Shown one piece after another: positions 1-8,340 of a stretch of 14,251 bases of DNA. The stretch spans positions 1-14,251 of the forward strand of contig RHPI01001699.1 of assembly GCA_009103225.1 (NCBI GenBank), in the 5' to 3' direction. Within the stretch, counting starts at the first letter, position 1. Every line of letters begins with the position of its first letter. Both the position numbers and the translations under genes were made by a program. The notes beneath the pieces were generated by a model. The model searched no databases. It saw only the letters and a list, made by a program, of their open reading frames with translations, and was not told where the DNA came from. The stretch is from Chlorokybus atmophyticus. Taxonomy: Eukaryota; Plantae; Mesostigma and Chlorokybus algae.

Positions 1-4
1 TCAC

Positions 5-206
5 TGGCTCCGTCGTACCATTATAATGGTACGATCGAGCCATTGAACGTCCAGGGTGAGTCTGGATATATATATATATACATATGTATTATGATTGAAC
101 CGTTTCAATGGTACGAAGATGCCTTTGCCCCAAGGTATAGGCATTATACAAAGGTACCATTGAAATGGTACCTTTGTACAATGGCAATGGCAGTTCGTAC
201 CATTGA
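5..206. repeat. Array of inverted GTACCATT/AATGGTAC motifs and palindromes; candidate subterminal region of a CACTA-type element (CACTG at 2-6)
   Basis: Perfect 22-bp palindrome TCGTACCATTATAATGGTACGA at 13-34, extended by TGGCTC/GAGCCA (5-10/37-42). Hairpin with 15-bp arms at 147-161/164-178 (TACAAAGGTACCATT-GA-AATGGTACCTTTGTA). 12-bp inverted pair TCAATGGTACGA (105-116) and TCGTACCATTGA (195-206). The repeats are directly seen; the transposon-end interpretation is inference. Confidence 0.8.
66..80. repeat. (AT)n microsatellite
   Basis: ATATATATATATATA at 66-80. Confidence 0.9.
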
Positions 207-285
207 CAACTCTGGCAATGTCAGTCCCCCTGCGCATGAAAACACCATTGATAGCTCCGCCAAGCTATGCCCTTACAGGGGCGTG

Positions 286-1220
286 ATGCCGAGGGTATGT
301 GGCGTTTGGAAGATCGTTGGCGGCGCTGCCAGGGGCGTAGTGGGCATTGTGGTCGAGGTCCGGGATGAATTCCATGTTCGCACAGGGCGGGCAGGGTGCC
401 GGAGGGGTGTCCTCGGTGTCAAACCCCACCAAGACTACCAAGGGCACATCCAATGACAACAGTGACTCGGGCGATATCTTACAGGGCTCCCCATCCGAGT
501 GGGCAAAGGCACACCACAATACTGCCTCTAAGAAAATCCGACCCACCAGCAGCTGCGACCACGGCGACATGATTGAAGGGACCAAACAAGACTGGCATAA
601 CCAAGGTGGGTTACGATGCACTGTCAATGCCACATGCTAGGGTTCTTTTATCTTGCACATGCACAGCCTCAAGTATCTTGCACTTGACATACATTGTCAA
701 TACGACATGCACACCCTCATGCACAACCTCCAGTGTCATGCACATGAACAGCATGACCAATCTCGCAAATGCACAGCCTATTTCTACTTGCGGGAGCTCA
801 CAAGTCGCAAAAGAGAAGCTGCGGAGTCAAACGAACGGGTAATCTATGACCTAGTTTAATGTTTCCAGCGGTAATTAAGCAGTATGCTTGCAGATTGCCA
901 TGTTGGTCAGAGTGAACCAAGAGCAGCGCGGCAGGCTGACTGTCTGCCTGGCGGAGTGCAACAAAGCGGAAGACGAGGTAAGCGTGTGTATGCTGATGGG
1001 CTAGTCCTCTGGCAGCACGCCACTCTTACAGCATTACCAAATGCAGGTGGTCACTCTCAAAGCGACCATCAAGCGCATGCGCGTGCACGGCGAGGCGCTG
1101 ACATTCAAGCTGAAGGACGAAGTAGCCGCTGTACTGTCAGCGAGCGAGGCAGCGGATGAAGATGACTCCGGCGTTGAAGCAGAAGACTCGTCGGAGGAGG
1201 AACAGGAGGAGGGGGTTTGA
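286..1220 (+). CDS. Small spliced gene of unknown function (about 187 aa): low-complexity N-terminus, helical/coiled-coil-like middle, acidic C-tail
   Basis: Exons 286-294, 386-605, 777-838, 894-977 and 1032-1220 join through GT..AG introns with compatible phases (0,1,0,0) into one open frame: ...DWHNQAYFYLRELTSRKREAAESNERIAMLVRVNQEQRGRLTVCLAECNKAEDEHYQMQVVTLKATIKRMRVHGEALTFKLKDEVAAVLSASEAADEDDSGVEAEDSSEEEQEEGV*. The 5' end is uncertain (alternative ATG at 365). Confidence 0.6.
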
Positions 1221-1442
1221 GGAGGAGTTCTTAGGCAGGCACCACGGGTTGACAAGCTGCGCATGAGTCCGACAGCTAGACTCAATGTTATAGGATAGTT
1301 TCATGCGCAAGTCGACTGCTCAGTTGTGAGTGGACATACTCTCACCACTGCCCGTACATTGTATATATTGTGGGCTTTTAGGTGCAAGACCAAACAATCA
1401 GTCCAAGGTTTGTACAAGCTGCATGGCATGTTAGTGTTGGCT

Positions 1443-1766
1443 TACGGCAAGAATTGCCAACTTTTGTCAAATGGCAAGGGTCACATATTAACAGCAGTGT
1501 AACGGCAAAGAAACTGCCGGCTATGGCTGTCAGCGGTCCGTAACTACCGGTTAACGGCCGTCTGTGCACATCGACCAAAGGGTAACTGGTTGACAACTCT
1601 CGGCCGGTTAGTGCCACTGACAACCACTTTCGGCCCGCGGCCGTCTGCGTCAGTCCATTTAAGCCAACGGCAAACCCAACAGTCCAAAAGTAATATTTCA
1701 GGCAGCAACAGGCAGGCTCAGGCAGGCTCAGGCACCAGTCAGTCCCTCAGTCCTTAGTCAGTCACC
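1443..1766. repeat. Cluster of short AACGGC(A)/GCCGT motifs, then a 10-bp tandem and CAGTC repeats, upstream of element A transposase; possible subterminal/promoter region
   Basis: (A/T)ACGGC at 1443, 1501, 1553 and 1666; CGGCCGTCTG at 1556 and 1638; TGACAAC at 1591 and 1618; GGCAGGCTCA x2 at 1711-1730; CAGTC repeats at 1736-1766. Confidence 0.45.
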
Positions 1767-1861
1767 GTGTAAAATTTGCGACGAATGACCATTGGTCTAC
1801 ACACACTTTGTTTGCCCTTTACACTCTGGTTACCGCTGAGCTGCTCTGCTGGTAATTTTCC

Positions 1862-4800
1862 AAGTGTGGCTGTTGCTGGTGCAATTACTAATAACAGTGG
1901 AGTGTGTGCCTTTGTGCAACTTGGAGATCCAGATGTTGCACTCACCATGACATTGTGGAAGAGGCACAGCAACGTATTGGTCGCCAACACCCAGCGAGGG
2001 AAGTAAGGAGCCTGATGCAGACCCTGATGCAGCAGTGCCCAGAAAAAACAACCATAAAGTTAAAGCTGAACCAGGTCTTCCATCAAGGTCCAAGTCCTTC
2101 GATACCATGGAGGATGCAGCAGTCCATACCGAACAGGCCAGGGAGATGTTTGCTGGTCTTTTGAGAGACGAAGAAGTGCATATGGCCGCAATCAGAGATG
2201 TGCTATCAAATTTGCGTGAACACCAATTGATTATTGGGTTGCGCACAACTACATTGGGCTTCGTGCTCAGCTTGCTTGCCCTTGCAGAACGCCACAATGC
2301 ACCGTTTGCCTTGGTCAACAGCCTATTCAGGTAACCTAGGCTATAGAACTTGCCTTGAGCAAATAGTCACCCTGTCAACTTGGCTGCAAAATGACATGCG
2401 TCCATGCAGATTCCTGCACGCTCATCCGCGACCCGAGAGTAACAACCTCCCAAAAAGCATTGATGGCGCACTGAACATGACTGTTTTTTGCATATGGGGT
2501 TCAAGTCATGTCATGCTTGCAGTTGTAACGGCACCGTCTACTATGGTCGCACCGCGCACTTGAGGCGCTGTCAAGGTACGTGATAGTTAAATCATTCAGG
2601 TCTCTGCACTCAGCTCATAGTGATTTGTGAACCCATAACACCGGTGTTGCATCAGTGTGCAAGGCCAAGCGATTCAAACTAAAAGCTGGCAAAAAGGTCC
2701 CATGGAAGTTGTACGCTATTTTTACATTGCGGAGGCGTTAAGAGCCATGTTTAAGAAGCCAAGCATTGCCAAATGCATGACTGCCCACATGACATCGCGA
2801 GGAGCAGATGATGACCCTGTTGTGCGATCTATCCACGGTACTGTTTAATTCAATTGAAAACCTTAGTGTGTGAACGTTTTGCTAACTGTATGACCATTTG
2901 CGGATTCAAAGAGGTTCAAGGAGACAGAGCGGCAGTATCCACAGTTCAAAGATGAACCAAGACAATTACGGCTAGCTCTCTTTCTTGACGGATTAAGCCC
3001 CTTCAAAGACCCGCACAAAGGTGGCTAGGTGCATAACCACCAAGTTTTTCTTCTTCAGTATAGCTGAATGTCGTTAAGGAATTGCTTCTGATGTACGCAG
3101 GAAACTATGAGCTGTGGTTGGTTGCAGTGTCAATCCTCAACCCGCCCGTGGACATCATGAACAAGTCTGATGCAACGTTTTTTGGCTGCTGTCATACCTG
3201 GACCCAAGCAGCCGGCAACCCTACAACCGTATCTTGAACCGATTGTTGACCAACTGCTGGAGTTGTGGTATGGTATGTGTTTGTTTTGTGGGGGTGGGGG
3301 GATTTGAATGTATGCCTTCCTTATGTAGGAATAAATATGTACGATGCACACAAGAAAGAGTACTTCACGTGCAAGGTCATTCTAAAAATTGTGGTTCACG
3401 ACTATCCAGGTGTGTACAATCATTAGCACTTGCTGCTATAGCAATTTAACATGTCTTGACCTCTCTTGACCCTTAGTACTGCTCTGCAGCACTGTTAAAG
3501 GCCGCCATGCAGATGCCTGATGGCTCAAGGAGCGGGTGCGCCAAATTCGTTATTCGTGGAGTGTACGTACCTAAGCTGAATAAAGTGATCTACGACAACT
3601 ATCGACATTGGTTGCCCCCCGATCATCCTTATCAAACTGATGAGCGCTTTGGTGAACCGGAAACGCGACTACCTCCAGTACAACAAACTGCAGAGTCTGT
3701 GCTCAGGTGGGTAACTCAGCGTCGCCTACGCGCGAGTCGTCCTTGTCCTTGAGATGCTGTCGGCGTACTGTGTCATGCATTGCAGGCAGGGTACAGCAGC
3801 ACTGAAGTCCACACTGCCCCACAAGTCACCCAACCACCCATCAAAGGCATCGGGCATATTTGGCGTTAGCTGCTTCCACAAGCTGCCTTACTGGATGCCG
3901 TTGGCAAAACCTATAACCGGACATGTCATTGGGCCCATGCATATTTGTGCAAATCTGGCCACCGATTTTGCAAAGCTCTTATCCGGTGACGGGAGTCGTG
4001 ACAACATCAGCGCACCCCGTGATCTTGAAAAGCAGGGCAGGATGCCTGAGCTATGGCCCAAGGTATGATGCATTATCATGATGATACATGCTATGCAGCA
4101 GAGCGCATACGGGATGTGTCATGTCCTTGTAGTTGATGCTAACAACATCGCATGTAGACGAAGGTTGTTCACAAGGACGATAAGGAGGTTGAGGTCACAA
4201 AACTGCCAGAGCACCATAAGTGATCGACACAGATGATCTGGATGAGTTGATAGACGCGGTGAAGGTTCCGAACAGTTTTGGAGCAAAGCTACGGTCATTC
4301 TCCAAAAATCTAGGTGAGTTGACAGCATAGGTTGTGCTTGTCTGTTCCCACCAGCATTGCCACATGACACAACAGCTTGCATATTTTCTCGCAATGTGCA
4401 ACCATATGCAGGGTCTATGAAGTCCCACGACAAGCGCAACCTATGGTCTGTTGTCTTCCAGTATGTCTTGCGCCGTGCACAAGGGATAGGAGCTGAGCAA
4501 AAGGCCACCATAAACAAGCTTTGTGAAGTATCAACGACTCACGGCTTTGAAAGTTGAACAATCCCAACTGGAAGAATTGCGTGTGAGTATGTCAGCAACC
4601 ATGCCTTCAGGGTCTATGTGTTGCATCTTGGCGCATGCATAGTTGACATCATTTGTCAAAGCAGTTGATGGTGTGGGAGGTGCAGTGCGAGGTGGAGCTT
4701 CACGTCCCACGCACGTGTCTCACCAGCATGCTGCATTTATTGGGTCACTTGGCGGACCAATGCATGTGGTTGGGTCCTGTTTGAGACCACTAGGAGTGGG

Positions 4801-6284
4801 CTTACGTGAGGCTGATCAACTTTGTGAAAAAGAAGAGTTTGGCGCGCCAAGCCATTGAAGCCAGCACTTGCATGAGGTGAGTCACTAACATACCTACATG
4901 AATGACAAAATGCATGCTAACGTCTGCTTGTGAACAGGTATGCCATCCACACAATGGTTAACACGCGGATGGATTACCCGCAGACAGTGTTCCCAACTAT
5001 CACCTTGAGGTCAGGAAAGCAGCGGCAAGATGACGATTTTACTGACTGCCTGGTGCAAAGCGTATCGTGCGGTTCGGGGCCAAGAGCAAGTTGCGCCAGC
5101 AGCAGGAGCACGGGCTGGCGGAGAATGACAAGCAATTCAACAGGCTGAAAAGGTGAACTTGTGCATTTGCTTGCTAAAAGGAAGTGTCGAGTGAGTTAAA
5201 TATGCTGTGGATTTTTAGCTCACATATGAATGTTGCAGAGAATTTGAAGCTTGGAAGGCGAAGCAGCGATAGCAAAACAGCAAAGCCAAGAGGGCAGGCC
5301 AAGAAGCCAATGAGGAAAATCTCAACAATGACATTTGTAATGGAGGCCAAGTCGACCTCTGACCAATCATGAAGAGAGCCTTCTGAGACTGCCTAGCCAG
5401 CTGTTGCATTACAAGCGTGCCGTATACAAGGACATTGTCCAGTTTAGAGCAGGGAGTATGGAGTCACGCATGGAGACCATGGATTGTGGAGTCTCTACCA
5501 TTGGCTATGCTGAGTGTGCAAGCCCAGCAAAAGCAGTGACCTGGTACGGGCGCGTGCAGTCGTTTGATGTGGTATGCATCGCCGGTATTGAGCATCAGTT
5601 GGTGAGAGCCAAGTAGTACAACCCTGCGGCTGTCAAGTTTCGTGACGGCTTCCCTTTGGTGGATCGGCGGAAAATAGAAGCCGTTTTACACAAAGTCAAC
5701 TTACATCTCGTGTGATCAGGTGGGATGTGTGTGAAGCAAATTGCACAGTGCCTTATTATTCTCAATCACTTAAATGTGCAACACATGGCCAGGTTCGTGG
5801 GCAGTGGCTTGAAGGCATATATGTAAAAATTAAACACGTCATTGTTGTGTTGACCAAAGACCACCAAAGTATCATGCGCAGGGGGATCAAGCGCCCTCGC
5901 TCGTCGGTAAGCACATGCTGCACACGCACTGCGGCTTTATTGACACAGGATAACACAATCATGCCGGTCTGGTAGGGACCTGGAGAGTGTAGCGGGCAAA
6001 GCAATCGGTCGTGGTCCACGCTCCGCGCATGGCATTGGGAGAACAAAAGTTGTCCTCCTTGTTGTGCTGTGCTGTGCAACAACCTCTACCACACACACAC
6101 TTTACGTGCTTTGGTAGGGCGCAAGCTGACTTTGAAGCTGAAGCTGTCTTCAAGGATGAAGCTGAAGACTACTGCTTTGTTTGCAAAGATGGTGGTAATG
6201 TTGTCTGCTAACGACAAGCAGGGTTGCCTCAAGAGCTACCACCCCCGCTGCTTGGAGAAACCACTGCCAAACGAGGAGGCACCG
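1862..6284 (+). pseudogene. Element A: degraded CACTA/EnSpm Tnp2-type transposase gene with C-terminal PHD finger (truncated)
   Basis: Exons homologous to element B: ...-2330, 2410-2575, 2656-2837, 2904-3020 (LRLALFLDGLSPFKD), 3101-3272 (IPGPKQP..YLEPIVDQLLELW), 3329-3409 (VVHDYP), 3490-3706 (YRHWLPPDHPY), 3786-4062, 4158-4313, 4412-4582 (MKSHDKRNLW), 4665-4876 (LHLLGHL..LGP), 4938-5152, 5239-5719 (WYGRVQSF), 5793-5906, 5949-6049, 6118-. Lesions: stops at 4217, 4782, 4791, 5270, 5614 and 5973; frameshifts near 2484-2489, 2708, 3178-3183, 4199-4202 and 4528; acceptor AG>GG at 2902-2903; catalytic E>V at 4806-4808. Confidence 0.92.
6118..6284 (+). pseudogene. PHD-finger exon of element A, frameshifted and truncated before the final W-x-C-P-x-H
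   Basis: EDYCFVCKDGGNVVC / DKQGCLKSYHPRCL aligns with element B EDYCFVCKDGGTISGCDVEGCWKSYHAHCV. There is a frameshift near 6209-6215, and homology stops after ..PNEE at about 6280. Confidence 0.85.
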
Positions 6285-6309
6285 GTAATTATGAGACCCC
6301 CGAATTTTT

Positions 6310-6865
6310 GAAAATTCATGGCAAACGCACTGAATATTCGTTGGATTTACCGTTTTAGCTTTTTATCGAGTGAATATTCAAGTGTTTTCGTACATTTTGT
6401 GCAATCCCTGCCAAAACGAAATCGCGACATTCACCTATAAATCGCGTGAATATCCACACGATAAACCAATGCCACCTTTCAAAACCCATATACCTCGTAT
6501 ATTCAGTTGAAATCGATTGAATGTTCAAGGCATGCAATTGTGAATGGACACAGCATGTGCTCTGCTAAATATTCAGCTATACATTGCCTGAACATTCATG
6601 AAGGGGCATAAGCTTCTGGCTATAACAGACAGCTTAAACTCACCAAGTCCCAACTGCCCGTGAATAATCAATTGATCAGCTTGTCACACATGTATATTCA
6701 TAACCTTCATCAGTTTCATGCCACAGATGTGAGTGAACATTCAACACCAATCTGAAACTACGCAATACGATTCACACTAAGTCCTAGCTTTGAGTGAATT
6801 TTCAACACCATTCCAAAACCAAGCAATACGTTTTGCACTAACTCCTAGCTGTGAGTGAATATTCA
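6310..6865. repeat. Array of about 12 variant GAATATTC palindromic motifs in an AT-rich block; candidate subterminal region of element B or of another inserted element
   Basis: Perfect TGAATATTCA at 6371-6380 and 6856-6865. Exact or variant octamers at 6310, 6332, 6448, 6497, 6519, 6567, 6590, 6662, 6692, 6735 and 6796. Confidence 0.7.
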
Positions 6866-6870
6866 ACCCC
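6730..6870. repeat. Degenerate 61-bp tandem repeat (2 full units plus a partial third)
   Basis: GAGTGAA..TTCAAC starts at 6731, 6792 and 6853 (period 61). Units share GCAATACG and CACTAA.TCCTAGCT. Confidence 0.85.
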
Positions 6871-7076
6871 ACACGAATAAACATATACTCTCATTTTGGC
6901 CAAGTCTCGAATGTGATTGAAAACCAAGTAGATTGCACTGCTAATTCTAATATACAGCCTAGTATATGTCACAGCCAGAGTTGCTCAGCAACTCTACACA
7001 GCTGGTTTGAGTTGATGGTGGGGGACAGCTCTGATATGGACTACAGCATTGCTATGCTACACACCACCTGCTACTA

Positions 7077-8340
7077 CTAGCTCAACTCACGTCTTTGCTG
7101 TGCTAACATACTGTCCATGAGTGTTCGCAATCGTCTTCTCAACCTGTCTGCCACTTGAGGATGAAACCAACTCCTTTGCATCTGCACACAACCACACAGC
7201 AATAACATGTGGTTACTAAGCACGTGTCGGCCTACACGACAGTGCCATTGAAGCACCTTCCACTTGTAAACATTGCAGTGCACATGCATGAACTGTACCT
7301 GTTGAAATATCCGTGCGTTTGGGTCAATTGGACCAGCTTGTACCCCATCTATAAACTTGTCAAGATAAAGCATGACAAACAACCCGCACGCAACTCCATC
7401 CTTCTGCTGAGGGACCTGCACAAACATGTGTCAATGCTTGCAAACCAAATGCATGTGCATGCATCCAATCAGTGCTTGTGACAGAATGCATGCAAACTCA
7501 TCACTAGTGCAATGCAACGTGTGCTACCTGTGGTACAAGAAGCTGTACGTTTTCGGGAGAGAAGCGTCGTTGTGAGTCACTTCCATGCTTTCTGCCCCAC
7601 ATGTAGTCAAGGTAAGCGCGCATAGGTCCATCAACGTTGCGATGCAGGCCAAGGGAGTCGAGATGGACGAGTAAAGGCGGCGTGTCACTTCCAAGTTGGC
7701 CTCCAGGATTGCACACAAGCAGCAGACTCCAGTGAGTCCTGTGAACAATCAAAATAATTCCAGTTTGCAAATACAGCAGCAATTCAGCAAGATATTCTTG
7801 GCGCTTATTCTCACCGCGTGTCTGGGTTGACAATCACTCCCAGCAAGTCCTTGGCAAACGGATCACTCTCCCACCTGTCTATCCTGTGATTGCTCGTGTG
7901 CCAGTCATTTTGTCTATGGCAGCGCACGATCTTGGTGTAGAAATGCGGGTGGAACAGCTTCACCTGAATGCCATCTGCTCTGCCTAAGATTTCCTCTTCC
8001 TTGTATCTGCATGTGCATCCCACGTACATATGAGATACACGAATAACACAGACGCAACAAATCACATACCTGCAAAAGAAGTGGAGGATGGTGTCATTGA
8101 GCTCTTGTCTGCCATCCAGCAACCTCCTGTCCGTTTCAAGCACTGGCACCGCATCACGTGCACTTGCACTAGGGTAAATGAACAGTGGCTGCGGTGTTGA
8201 CGGCTGCGGGTTGCTGACTGGATCGTCCAGCACCATGATATCATCATCGCTGCCCACGAGGTCCACAACTGCCGCAGCCGTCGTGGGTTGCTGATTACAG
8301 CCCTCTTCGTCTTCATCGTCAACTTCCATCGTGACTGCCT
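7077..8340 (-). CDS. Ulp1/SENP-type SUMO-like protease domain (peptidase C48); exons 20-24
   Basis: FIYP..DAVPV..D...L....ELNDTILHFFCRY, KLFHPHFYTKI, RW..DPFAKD, IVNPDTRTHWSLLLVCNPG (His 7732-7734), HLDSL (Asp 7657-7659), VPQQKDGVACGLFV (Cys 7386-7388), SWF..VADRLRRRL. The triad and oxyanion Gln are intact. Confidence 0.92.

Noticed and set aside
1-456. ORFs 1-237 (-) and 43-456 (+) as genes
   Set aside because: They run through palindromes and an AT microsatellite and show no recognisable motif. Only 286-294 may be used, as a mini-exon.
2-1613. A complete non-autonomous CACTA element bounded by CACTG (2) and TAGTG (1613)
   Set aside because: The ends match only over CACT (CACTGGCTCC vs CACTAACCGG), the subterminal motifs differ, and no TSD can be checked.
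2700-2712. Conserved programmed frameshift, since A and B both lack one base in exon 5
   Set aside because: Aligning on the shared CATGGAAG places the two deletions about 30 nt apart, and neither has a slippery heptamer. Independent lesions are more likely.
4217-5975. Fungal-type RIP as the cause of element A stops
   Set aside because: Transition-derived stop codons are inherently biased to CpA/TpG contexts, so a few stops are not diagnostic. Element B is almost lesion-free.
7502-7509. CACTAGTG as an element terminus
   Set aside because: It lies inside a normal-length intron (7527-7416) between two in-phase protease exons, with no supporting repeats.
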